Made by a program: the position numbers and the translations under genes. From the human T2T-CHM13v2.0 reference genome, Homo sapiens, in NCBI RefSeq assembly GCF_009914755.1, contig NC_060941.1: 64,000 nucleotides of DNA, one strand, 5' to 3'. This document shows positions 47,040-59,295 of the stretch, one piece after another. The notes beneath the pieces are model-generated. The model made no database searches, was not told where the DNA came from, and saw nothing but the letters and a program-made list of their open reading frames with translations. How positions within the stretch are numbered: the first letter of the stretch is position 1; each line of letters opens with the position of its first letter.

Positions 47040-47769
47040 TTAGCCTGTGACTTTATTGTTATTTGAGTTGATTCTCATATGCTTTGACCTACCAAACTTT
47101 CTGACCACAGAAAGGTTATAAGTAGACGGCAGGTCTAAAACCCATTAGGAAAATCATTTACCCCACTAAGAGATTAGTTTTTTGTTTTTTTTTAAGTGGT
47201 ATGAAAGTCAAGCCGATAATAATTTGGCCATAAGTCTAGAACTTTCAAAGCTTGAGGAAAAAATTCTCTGCTAAAGGTTGTATTAAGCATGGGAAGAAAA
47301 GGAGTCTCTAAACATTTTTTGTCACCTTCCTTAATTCTGCCTTTTTTATGTTAGAGATAAATAATTTACTTGTGTGAGAGACAGAGCAATGATGCCATTT
47401 ACCTGCTCTGTCCCCTGACGCTTCTAGCAGTGAAATGGAAGCTTTATAAGCTCTATGGCTTCTCAGGTCATTAAAGCCACCTCCCTGCTTCACAGAAGTC
47501 AGATATGGCCATGTGGATATGCCTACCACTTATGAAGGCAATTCTTGAGTGAGAAATCAATGCTAAAGGCCATTCAGATTGAACCATCAAAACCAATGGT
47601 GTACTTTCTTACAGGTTCTGTAAGTTCTTGCATGTCCTTTGGCTCCTTTAGGACTAATATCTCAGCACCTTTATGGTAATGTCATAAGACATAGTTCACA
47701 TTCTTATAGTTTACATGCTTTGCATGTGGCCCAGGTTTTAAAACCTTTCAATCTTTTCTCTCCCACCCC

Positions 47770-47972
47770 TAGGCATGTTTGATTATCATTCTTGCCAAAG
47801 CATTTAAGATGTAAGGCTAACTAAAACCCATTTTTGGCCATGCTCTGATCCCACATTGTTTCTATAAACTCAAGCTTCTGTACCTCATTGGGGGTTTGGG
47901 GCTTTATTTGGAAGCCTCCCGTGTACGCACGATAAATAAATGTGTATGCCTTTTCTCCTCTTTAAAAAAAAA
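47770..47972 (+). mobile_element. ERV1-class (MER4/MER34-like) LTR fragment; 5' limit uncertain
   Basis: ggaagcctcccgtgtacgcacgataaataaatgtgtatgccttttctcct resembles the R region of that LTR group. Confidence 0.6.
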
Positions 47973-48076
47973 GATGGCTAGCAGGAGTGCCATATTTGCA
48001 ATTCGTTTTCATTTTTTTATAGACTCTTTTGTGCTTTCCCCTACAGTGGGTAATCATGCAATGTAAAAATCTACGG

Positions 48077-48401
48077 GGATGGACGTGGTGGCTCACGCCT
48101 GTAATCCCAGCACTTTGGGAGGCCGAGGCAGGCAGATCACTTGAGGTCAGGGGTTCGAGACCAGCCTGGCCAACATGGCAAAACCCCTTCTCTACTAAAA
48201 ATACAAAATTACCCAAGCGTGATGGCACATGCCTGTAATCCCAGCTACTCGGGAGGATGACCACAGAAGAATCACTTGAACCTGGAAGGCGGAGGTTGCA
48301 GTGAACCAAGATGGCGCCACTGCACCCTAGCCTGGGTGAGAGAGCGAGAATCCATATCAAAAAATAAAAATAAAAATAAGTAAATAAATAAATAAATAAA
48401 A
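48077..48401 (+). mobile_element. AluS with (TAAA)n tail
   Basis: Full Alu; CTACGGG flanks. Confidence 0.93.
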
Positions 48402-48589
48402 ATGCTACGGGAAGTTAGTAACAATTGTTGCTTTTGAAGACTGGTTACTGAAGGGAAAACTCATTCTCCTTGAGTTTAGACACACATTGCCTTTTGAACT
48501 GAGTACTTACCTTATCATAAATTGGCTGTATTCCATAGCTGTTTACACAAAGACTCACTTAAATATTTGAATTTTTAATTTTTTCACAG

Positions 48590-48676
48590 CCATCTCTTCC
48601 TGTACTCTATACCCTGTCTAGCCAGGCTACACATGAAGCTGTTCATCTCCTTTGCAGGATGTTGGTCTTTGATCCA
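48590..48676 (+). CDS. NLK: NLK coding exon (exon 8, 87 nt, phase 0->0)
   Basis: tcacag|CCA TCT CTT CCT...GAT CCA|gtaagt; PSLPVLYTLSSQATHEAVHLLCRMLVFDP. Confidence 0.97.
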
Positions 48677-48966
48677 GTAAGTAGTGTTTTTTTTTATATA
48701 TTTTTAATGAATTACAAATACATGTGTTCGAGAGAAACATTGTGGTTTTGAATAGATTGGCAATGTAAATAATTACTTTTCAGAATATAAACTTCAATCC
48801 CCAGTATCATGTGTATCATGCACGCTCATCACACAGAAGTTTGATTATTAACACATAAGAGTCTAAGGGAAGAGATAAGGAGCTGGATCTTATTTAACTC
48901 TTATTTCTTATTTATCTCATTATTTGTAAAAGGAGTTTGACACCAAGTTAAGTCAAGACAAAATGA

Positions 48967-49247
48967 TTTTTTGTTTTGAGACAAGGTCTTGCTCTGTCAC
49001 CCAGGCTGGAGTGCAGAGGTGTGATCTCAGCTCACTGTACCCTCAACCTCCCAGGCCCAAGCAATCCTCCTACCCGAGCCCCCTGAGTATCTGGGACTAC
49101 AAGCATGCTCAGCTAATTTCTAAATATTTTGTAGAGAAGAGGTCTCACTATATTGCCCAGGCTGGTTTGAACTCCTGGAGTCAAGTGATCCTTTTGCCTC
49201 AGCCCCGCAAAGTGCTGGGATTACAGATGTGAGCCACCGCGCCCGGC
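48967..49247 (-). mobile_element. AluJ
   Basis: Full reverse Alu. Confidence 0.9.
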
Positions 49248-49879
49248 CAGGACACAAAGTTTTTTAAGGTTATTTGAAAAAAAAATCTGACCATTATATT
49301 GCATAAGGAAATGTTTGCTCTGTGTTGTTGAGATGGAAGCTTTTCCCAATACCCTTTCTGGACTTGACTCTTCTGGAACATACTACAAATTATACTGTAA
49401 GTTCAGCTCTTCATTTATTCATTCATCCAAAGAATATTTATTATTCACATCTATGCCAATAACTATTGTCAAAGAAGACTTAAAAATGGAAGCATTTAGT
49501 AAAGAAAATTTAACTTGCCAAGAATACAAAGTCACCAAATACGAAAAATACCAGATATTTAAAAGATAAAACAACCACAAAATTACCAAAGTTATTAAGT
49601 TTACATTGGTCCATTTGTAGTGAGAAAGCTGCAACTTTCTCAGAAGATATCAAATTCACAAAGCTTCAGACATCAGCACAGCAAAGATTAGGGATAAAAA
49701 TAATTCTGTTAAGGAGTTCAGGTTTGTGAGAAACAGTCAAGGTTTTTTTATTTGGGGGACCAGAACCAATTAGGGTGACCCAAATTATTTTTGTAATGTC
49801 TCAGGGTACAATTTAGATTGCTTATGTGTTTATTTTGGTGTTTTTTGCTGTTGTTTTCTTTTTTGTTTTTTTACTGTGG

Positions 49880-50239
49880 TGTATTAGTCTGTTTTTACAC
49901 TGCTGATAAAGACATACCCAAGACTGGGCAATTTACAAAAGAAAGAGGTTTAATTGGACTTAAACCTTAAAGTTCCACATGGCTGGGGAAGCCTCACAAT
50001 CATGGCGGGAGGTGAGGAGGAGCAAGTCATGTCTATATGGATGGCAGCAGGCAAAGAGAGAGAGCTTGTGCAGGGAAACACCCCTTTTTAATCTGGTCAG
50101 ATCTCATGAGACTTATTCACTATCACGAGAACAGCACAGGAAAGACCTGCCCCCATCATTCAGTTACCTCCTAGGTCCCTCCCGTAGCATGTGGGAATTC
50201 AAGATGAGATTTGGGTGGGGACACAGCCAAACCATACCA
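49880..50239 (-). mobile_element. THE1 (MaLR) solo LTR
   Basis: tgtattagtc...ttgggtggggacacagccaaaccatacca; TG...CA ends; 5-bp TSD TGTGG at 49875 and 50240. Confidence 0.95.
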
Positions 50240-50693
50240 TGTGGTATGTGAAGTGCTTAGTGATACTATAAGCCTGACAAAGTGGCAGTTCTTGCTCCCA
50301 CAGTCTCTCTTTGTGATCAAGTTCCCACTATTAAGGACAATTTCAATCATATAACTTGCTTTATTGAGCTAGTGATTTACTATCATTTGATATTTTGTGT
50401 TATTTGGTAAGTTTATCTACATAACTAACAGAAGATGTTGATCAATATGTTAAAAAACAAACTCCTTTTATATGGTTAACAAAACTAGAGCTGTGTGAAA
50501 TTCAGGCTTCAGAGGTAATTTCTGTCTGACCATAGAGGATTTTATAAAGGGTCTAGGATTGAAATTTATGTGTTAGAAATATTTTATTCTCTATTTCTAT
50601 TTAGATTTGGATCCAAGAACCATGTAACTCACCTCTACCAGGTGTGCATACACTGTTTAGAGCTGTAAGGCATCCTCTTTCTCTGAGATCCCA

Positions 50694-51010
50694 TGTTTTG
50701 TTTGGTTTGGTTTGGTTTGGTTTGGTGTTTTTGAGACAGAGTCTCGCTCTGTTGCCCAGGCTGGAGTGCAGCAGCGCAATCTCAGCTCACTGCACCTCCA
50801 CCTCCCGGGTTCAAGCGATTCTCCTGCCTCAGCCTCCTGAGTAGCTGGGATTACAGGCACGTGCCACCACACCCGGCTAATTTTATATTTTTAGTAGAGA
50901 TGGGGTTTCACCATGTTGGTCAGGCTGGTCTCAAACTCCTGACCTCATGATCCACCTGCCTTGGCCTCCCAAAATGCTGGGATTACAGGCATGAGCCACC
51001 GCACCCAGCC
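50694..51010 (-). mobile_element. AluS with (TTTGG)n tail
   Basis: GAGATCCCATGTTT duplicated. Confidence 0.95.
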
Positions 51011-51328
51011 TAGAGATCCCATGTTTATTAATGCTCCCGATCTGCCAGGAAGGTAGTGTTTACAGTCTTTAAGGCTGGAACTTCCTAAGCCATAGAGCAA
51101 GTAGTAAGCCCATTTTTCTGGGAGGTCTTTTGTACACAAGTTCTACATGTGACATGTAGTCCTTATTCCTTAACAGTGGGATTATCACACTTAATTAAAT
51201 GAAATTTGTGGTGTAGTTGTAGTTATAAAGATTTATCTAAGGAGAAAGATTTATCTGGTAAGGAAGAGTATATATTCTTTTGGAACCTATGTAAGTAACT
51301 ACATAGTCATTTAAAAATAAAGAAATTA

Positions 51329-51637
51329 GGCTGAGCATAGGGCACAGTGGCTCACACTTGTAATCCCAGCACTTTAGGAGGCTGAGGCAGGAGAATCTCC
51401 TGAGCCCAGGAGCTTAAGACCAGCCTGGGCAACTTAGGGATTACAAAATTAAAAATTTTTTAAATTAGCTGGGCGTGGTAGCACATGCCTGTAGTTCCAG
51501 CTACTCCAGAAGCTGAGGTGGGAGGATGGCTTGAACCCAGGAGGTTAAGGCCAAGGCCACAGTGAGCCATGAGCTCACCATTGTACTCCATCCTGGCAAG
51601 GGAGACAGAGGGAAACCCTGTCTCAAAAAGAAAGAAA
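51329..51637 (+). mobile_element. AluJ
   Basis: Diverged Alu; AAAGAAATTA flanks. Confidence 0.88.
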
Positions 51638-51861
51638 TTAATTTATTTAATGCACACTACATAATAATTAACCATTTTTATCACTGTGTTATAAACAAAG
51701 CCGACAAGTTTGTTACTTTGTTACAGAACTATTTTTAAATTAGCCTGATGCTTTATTAGCTTTTGATCTATATTAAGGATTTTTTTTATTTCCAGTTCTG
51801 AGAGTTCAATGAGAACAAGAAACCATTTAAAGAGAGGTTTGTTCTGATTTTAACCTGTTAA

Positions 51862-52167
<306 letters not shown>

Positions 52168-52368
52168 TTTTTAAATATCCATGAAGAACAGACCATTGAC
52201 CATAATTAAATCAGTGTATTTATTTAGTCCATTTAGTCTGAGGTAACTAGTTATTCTTGTTTTGTTGATCTTGGGTTAAGCAGTCTACTGCCATCACATG
52301 TCTGCTCCTGAACTGAAATGATGACTCAATTACTTGATTCAGTCTAAGAGCAGGTGTCTGTGGTGAGA

Positions 52369-52390
52369 TACACATACACAGACAAACACA

Positions 52391-52423
<33 letters not shown>
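52369..52423 (+). repeat. (CA)n microsatellite
   Basis: Imperfect then pure CA run. Confidence 0.95.
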
Positions 52424-52427
<4 letters not shown>

Positions 52428-53013
52428 AACATCCCTAATTTGGAACTTTGAGTGCCAACATGACACCACAAATGACCTGACCTCAGTGACAGGTCACCAT
52501 CAAAAAGCAGGCATACAACACACAGTTTGTTCAGTATCCCCAAGGGAAAAAAGACCCCCAGCCTCCTTCAGCTGTGATTCTATCTTCCCCAAACATATCC
52601 AGATTCCCCCATGCAAATGTGCCCACAAAGGGTAATAAAATGGCACATCTGCAGGCCAGATGCACCAATGACAGGTTCCCCACAATGTCCCACATGCTGC
52701 CAAGACCTATAGGCATTATTTACTGTATTTTTTGCCTATTCTGTGCTCTTTGGAGTAAAAATATTGTTGAAAATGTCAAAAAGTCCTGCAGATAACCCAG
52801 CAGGTAACTGATTTTTTTAAAAAGAGGAAGCATTTCTGTTTATAGCACAGAATGCCAAGCTATTGGAGAAACTGCACAGTGGTGTAAGTGTGAAGCATCT
52901 TACAGACAAGTATGTTGTTGGAATGATCACTGTATGTAACCTAAAGGAACAGAAGGATAAACCGTTGAAGTTCTGTCCTGAAACTCATGAACAGAAGTTA
53001 AAGAAAAATAGAA
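52424..53013 (+). mobile_element. Tigger4 (Zombi)-like transposon 5' part with decayed transposase N-terminus
   Basis: ORF 52863: EKLHSGVSVKHLTDKYVVGMITVCNLKEQKDKPLKF resembles the pogo/Tigger CENP-B-type HTH; upstream frameshifts. Confidence 0.8.
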
Positions 53014-54431
53014 GGAAAGGGAAGCCAAGGGCTCAGAGAGGCCTGGGATCAGGCACATACACTGTCAGCCTACTTGTTCCTTTGGGTTCAAACAGTGGAA
53101 CACTATCCCAGTGGAATCTCTAGGAATCGCTATCAAAGGACTCAGACTTTTTTAGAAAAAAAGAAAAGGAAAAAGTTTACTTGCTAAGAATGCAGGGAAG
53201 TCAGACTTCAAAAGAGCTAGATCACCAAATACAAAACATAAACTTATTGAAAGGAAAAAAAAACAAGGTTATCAAGTATACGTTTGCCTGTTCCTGGTAG
53301 ATAAACACCCGCTTTCTTCTGTGATTATCTTATCTTGAAAGGTCATGACATGCCTTTTTACATCAGCATAGCAAAAATCAGTGATAAAAGTGTTTTTAGG
53401 GAATCCGGGCTTATGAGAAACATTTCATTATTATTTGGGAACGAGAACAGTTGTTTTTGGTTTATCTGAGAACAAAAGTGGTTTTCATTTTTAAATTGTG
53501 TAATGTGAAGAAGTGCTTGGTCATATTGGAATCAGGGCAAAGTGTGTGTTCTTGTTTTTGTTCTACTGTGTACTAGTGAGTTCATCCTTAAATCTTTAAA
53601 ATTTACTTTCAGTAATACACGTATGTCTACTGAGCTAAAAGAAGGGACAATTTCTTTAATTTTTTCATGGAGTAATGTTAAAAGTTTAGATTTTCAGGCA
53701 AACTTAAAACTCATGCATTCAGTATTCTGATCTAAAGTGACAGAAAATGACTAGGTGCAGTAGCTCATGCCTGCAGTCCCAGCACTTCAGGAGGCCAAGA
53801 CTGGAGGCCACAAATTCAAGAACACAGTGAGACCCCATCTCTACAAAAAATTTAAAAATAAAGTGCCAGAAAACAAAAAGCTAGACTAGACTTCTGATAT
53901 TCAGACTGAGCTATATCTCAAAATATGGCAGTCAGACCACTGTCTGCTGCCTAACTCCAGCAGCTTTTGCCATCATCTGTTTGGTATTCTAAGAGAATAA
54001 AAATTTCAAGCAACTTTGAAAATTGCCACTGTGAACGCATCTTCAGGATGCTGACACATATTTAGAAAATATAGCCTGTTATTTAAAAGGTAAACGTAAC
54101 CCCTTCAAAGCACTACATAGTTAAATGTCATGATATTTGTGATTTTTGACCCAGCATACATCTATTTCAATGTAGTAACTTCTTAGAATTTTAGAAGAAA
54201 GGCACTTCTAAGTACTTTGTGATGGTAGATAATAACAGTAGTTGTCCTAAATCATACACTCCCTCTGCTGCTATGTTACCCACCTCTAAATTCAATTATC
54301 CCTCTTTGGACGGGATGTACTATAAATTATATATATGCTATGTCAAGCAGTTAATGTGTCTTTTGAAAGATCCTATGTGGACAGTCATTTTATCTGTAGT
54401 GTTGATGTGCTGGTCTCTAATTTGATTTCAG

Positions 54432-54630
54432 TCCAAAAGAATATCCGCTAAGGATGCCTTAGCCCACCCCTACCTAGATGAAGGGCGACTACGATATCAC
54501 ACATGTATGTGTAAATGTTGCTTTTCCACCTCCACTGGAAGAGTTTATACCAGTGACTTTGAGCCTGTCACCAATCCCAAATTTGATGACACTTTCGAGA
54601 AGAACCTCAGTTCTGTCCGACAGGTTAAAG
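54432..54630 (+). CDS. NLK: NLK coding exon (exon 9, 199 nt, phase 0->1)
   Basis: tttcag|TCC AAA AGA ATA...GTT AAA G|gtgagt; SKRISAKDALAHPYLDEGRLRYHTCMCKCCFSTSTGRVYTSDFEPVTNPKFDDTFEKNLSSVRQVK. Confidence 0.97.
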
Positions 54631-55530
54631 GTGAGTATCTGTTTTGGCCTTTGGCCAGGCAATATGCCTAGTAACATTTTCCATTAGGTGGCCATGAAGA
54701 GCTGAGATCTGGATGGTAACCAAAGCTCCCCTCTATGTTTATTTTACAACCTTGCGTATAGCTGTGTGTCCGGGGCATAACAAAGCATATTTAATATTAT
54801 ATCCAGGGGAAGGTCGGGGAGAGGAATGAATATTTTGTTCTTATTTTCAAAGTTTATTTAGTGAGTATGACTCAAAATATGTTTAATATGTATTCACTCA
54901 GTGTCATTTCATTGATTCAAACGTATTGAACTTTATATAACATACAAAGTTCCATAAAGGATAAACATTCACTGAGGGAATTATTCCTTGGACGATGACA
55001 AGAGAAGGGAATTTCTGATAGTGTACTCATAAAATTTTGTGGCAGGATCTCCTATTGGAATACAGTGGGAGTAATGACATCCAAAATTCTGAGTGATTTT
55101 AGTGTTTACTGTAGGACATTTTACAAGAGAGAGAGTAGTCCCCAAAGTAACCACCTGAAACTATACACCTAGATACCAACTGAGGTCTTTAAGTGATCTT
55201 CAAAAAGGCAATAATTGCCAGCAACTTAGAAGAGTTCACCCATAATGCCAAACCTGTGGAGTCTCTCTCAAATTTATAGGCCATTTTACTCTTCCCACTG
55301 ATGGGGTTGCAGTCTGTGTAATGCCACCAGTAGGTTTCTTATATTTAGCAACAGCTGTCATTTTAGTTTTAGGAAGTTCAGCTGAATTCTGCTTGATAGA
55401 TGATGTGTGTGTTTGATTTAACTAAACCAGTAGGCAGTGCTTTTCAGATGCTGGCTAGAGTTCGCTGAGAATTCACTGCTCCCGGGCTTGCAAATTGTCA
55501 TGGATTGTATGATGTTTGTTTTCTCCACAG

Positions 55531-55624
55531 AAATTATTCATCAGTTCATTTTGGAACAGCAGAAAGGAAACAGAGTGCCTCTCTGCATCAACCCTCAGTC
55601 TGCTGCTTTTAAGAGCTTTATTAG
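55531..55624 (+). CDS. NLK: NLK coding exon (exon 10, 94 nt, phase 1->2)
   Basis: ccacag|AA ATT ATT CAT CAG...TTT ATT AG|gtaact; EIIHQFILEQQKGNRVPLCINPQSAAFKSFIS. Confidence 0.97.
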
Positions 55625-55796
55625 GTAACTATATGTATGTAATTCAACATTCTTGTTAGAATTAAAAGGATGCCAGTGTTACTTCATTATTCAGCATATT
55701 TGTTTTTATTTAGATAACATAGATAAAAGGTGCAACAGAAAGTTTCTGTTATGAGGTTTGGCTTTAGTCAAAAGTGTATTAAAACTGTAAGCATCT

Positions 55797-56106
<310 letters not shown>

Positions 56107-56464
56107 TCACATTTTACACTGGTGCCAGTTCACTGCGGTTGCTTTGGCAATTTTTTCCCCGGATGACCATTGTGCTGCCTCATCACATATATGGCAGTCC
56201 TGCTGCAGCATTAGTATGGTGGCCACCTGTCCTGGAGTTAGACGTGGTCATCTCAGTTCCCACTACCATTCTCACTCCCTAGTAATAACTGCAAGCAAGA
56301 AAATAATTTTTTTGTGTGTAGGTGGACTGCTGGTGTAGCCTATTTAGAGGAGAAGTCAAAAGGCATATGGTAGAGCTATGAACCTACATTGGAAGTTACC
56401 AGGCTTCATTCTCCTTGTCTGTCTGTCCTTTCCTTCTCTTGATTTCTTTTTCCTTAACTCCTTA

Positions 56465-57045
56465 TATATTGATCAGGGTCTAATCGGGAGAAATAAACCA
56501 CTTCCCTAGAATACAAACGGGGAAAATTCAGTAATAAGAACTGTTAACTAGGAAAGATGATCAACTGCTAAAAGGCATAAAAGAGGATTCTGAAGGCTGC
56601 TGAAGTAGCAAATGCAGAAAGCAGCCACTCCCTGTAGACTGAGGGAGAGTAAACAAGAAAGGAATTAAGAATTTAGAAGAGGTTCCTCATGTAAGGACCT
56701 CTTTGGAGAGGGTATGGCTGCCACAGGAACTGGAACACACAGCACGAGGGTGGTGCAGAAGAGGAAGTGTGCCAGAAGGTGTGGCCAGAACTGGTCCATC
56801 AAAGACTGCCTGCCAGGAGAGTTCGGGTGGACCAAAGCTGAGCCTTCCACATGACCAAAAACAGGCACAACAAACCAAGGAAGGGAGACTGCTTCCTGAT
56901 GCTACAGCCTTGCAAATGCCCTTCCAGCACCCTCTGTTGACAAAAGCTAACATTAAGCTAGGTGGCAAAGGGGAACCATGAACAGGGTCTGGCTCCAGTA
57001 TCACAAAGCAGGACAAAGGGTGGATTCGGATATGAGTGGTCACAC
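56465..57045. mobile_element. Probable old ERVL/MaLR LTR
   Basis: Purine-rich, higher-GC block starting tatattgatcagggtc; family not resolved. Confidence 0.4.
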
Positions 57046-57619
57046 AGTCTCTATCTTCCCCGCTGCCTTTCTCCTCTCCTTTTTCTCTCTTCCTGCTGCC
57101 CTTTCCCTTTAATCATATTAAAGTTGGTTGGATTTGTTGGACCACAGTCAAGATTTTATGCTTAAAATTTGCAAAATCAGGTGACTTTCATTTCTTCCAT
57201 GTATTTTTCTATTGGAAGAAGGAATTAAGTTGCACTTTTACTTATCTGTGGTTTTAAATTACTTTGTTTTACTATTTTCCCCTAAGAGTCAGTGACCCAG
57301 TCAGTTAGGCAGTTTAGCAGCTTAGGTGCAAATGATCCTGGGCCTTGGGGAAACAAGGGGTTACACTTTTCCCTCTCAAGTTTATAATCTAATTAGCAAT
57401 CTTAGACATAGGAAAAAGCCAATAACAGATCTAGATCACCAATGCTAAATGATTACCTATACTTCTCCATTAATACTTGATAAAAGAATGCTTATAAGGC
57501 CCATTCAAAATAGGCCACTGTATTTTGAGAGGCTACTTTTAAATGGATGATTCTACATCCCTTAAGGTTATTTTCCTGATTGATTATTGAAATTATTACT
57601 TGTAATACCTACATTTACT

Positions 57620-57812
57620 TTACACTTTGAAGTAGGCACTGTGGAAAATACTTCACATCTATTATCATTTATTCATCCCAGTATCCTATGAGGTAAACAG
57701 CATTATTTCTTTCCAAATGAGAAGAGATTAAGGCACTTGCTCAGGGCCATACAACTAGTAAATGACATGTGGTTTTCAAGCCTACATATTAGCCACTATA
57801 CCAGATTGCCTC
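57620..57812 (-). mobile_element. MIR
   Basis: cctatgaggtaaacagcattatt...cttgctcagggccatacaactagtaaatg. Confidence 0.7.
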
Positions 57813-57992
57813 TCCATAGATAACAGGTCCATAAACAAGCAACTTAGAATAAATTCAACTTCAAAGAAACAAATAAAAATCCAGAAGTGGAATTAATTTT
57901 TTCAGAGGAAGAGAGGAAAACAGGAAGTAGTGAATTACCCTTTTGTCCATTGTGACATTACAACTAATTTCTCCATCTCTGTTTTCTTCCAG

Positions 57993-58047
57993 TTCCACTG
58001 TTGCTCAGCCATCTGAGATGCCCCCATCTCCTCTGGTGTGGGAGTGA
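57993..58047 (+). CDS. NLK: NLK last exon, coding part to stop codon
   Basis: ttccag|T TCC ACT GTT GCT CAG CCA TCT GAG ATG CCC CCA TCT CCT CTG GTG TGG GAG TGA; STVAQPSEMPPSPLVWE*. Confidence 0.97.
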
Positions 58048-58392
58048 TGGTGGAAGATAATGTACTACTGAAGATGTAATGTAGCTTTCCACTGGAGTCT
58101 GGGATTTGCAATTCTGGAGGTTAATCATGCTTGTACTGTAATTTTACTAATGAAGTTTTAAATTAACAACCACTACTTGTATGATATGAATAATATTTAG
58201 AAATGTTACTAGACTTTTAATCTTGTAAAGTGGTTGTGCTTTTAGAAGAAAAATATTTTACCCAGAGTTGCACATGTTTTATGAATTTAGTGCAGCTGTT
58301 ATGGCTCACCTCAGAACAAAAGAGAATTGAACCAAATTTGGGAGTTTGGGGTTTTATGTTTTGTTTTTCTTTTCTAAAATGAAGTGAGATTG

Positions 58393-58394
<2 letters not shown>

Positions 58395-58436
<42 letters not shown>
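58395..58436 (+). repeat. (CA)n microsatellite in the 3'UTR
   Basis: ~18 pure CA units. Confidence 0.97.
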
Positions 58437-59283
58437 AAGGACAGTCATACATTTTGATATTTGAGCCATTCCTAAAGATTTGGGGTTTTCTAAAACTAAA
58501 GAATCTAGGAACCTTGCCTGCGACCAATCATGGAGCCACGTGAGCTGATCGTGGCTGCACCTGGGGGGAGGGTAGGGAGGAGGGGCATGCCACCTAATGA
58601 TCAAGCCCTATAATTAGCTTCTCATTAGAGCCGTGATGGTGATGTGTGCTGTCTAAAATCCAATGTTGTGGGTAGAGAGAATGAGTTTGTGACTAGGAGA
58701 GACTAAACTTTTGTTTTCCTTACCCAGTATAAATATATATATATATATTTAATCTATTTTTATTAGAAGTTTTTCTGCTCTTTCTTACATAAAAGAACCC
58801 CAAGCATGCATCTTTCATGTGTGTAAATAATTCATTTCTGGGCTAATTTCAAAAGAATCCCAATATTGCTGTATAGAAAGAGAACTAGCTTGCACATTTT
58901 AGGTCTGTGAAATTTTGTGAGACTTTTCCTGCACTGGACAGTAAAAAAATAATAAAAGACAAAAACAAATTTAAAAAAAAATTTAAGCCACAAAAAAAGG
59001 CACATAGGGAATTATGTCAAATGTGTTTGTGTCCTTAGGCAAAGCTGTGGGAGTCTTGAAATGTCACAGTAGTAAATAACTTATTACTTTTTGACAAGTT
59101 CTTTTTTTCTGTTGGAACACTGAATTCTTCTGTGCATATGTACATATGAATACAAATCGAAGGCCTCTACCTCCTGGAGTTATACAACTTGGCTTGTTTA
59201 CCTCCACATGCTGATGATGACTATTTTTTTTTTTTGAGTTCAGTGTGGAGACTTGAAACTTGAATGTCCCTTCCAACTTTTAT

Positions 59284-59295
59284 ATTAAAAATAAA
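59284..59295 (+). terminator. Candidate proximal poly(A) signals (ATTAAA followed by AATAAA)
   Basis: tatattaaaaataaaaag; a further AATAAA lies at 58951-58956. Confidence 0.4.

Noticed and set aside
52863-53123. Domesticated transposase gene
   Set aside because: Only an N-terminal HTH remnant with upstream frameshifts; there is no catalytic DDE domain.
54478-54687. Overlapping alternative-frame and antisense ORFs on exon 9
   Set aside because: They are short shadow frames of the real exon with no independent support.
58524-58540. ER stress response element
   Set aside because: The spacer is 7 nt, whereas ERSE requires CCAAT-N9-CCACG.
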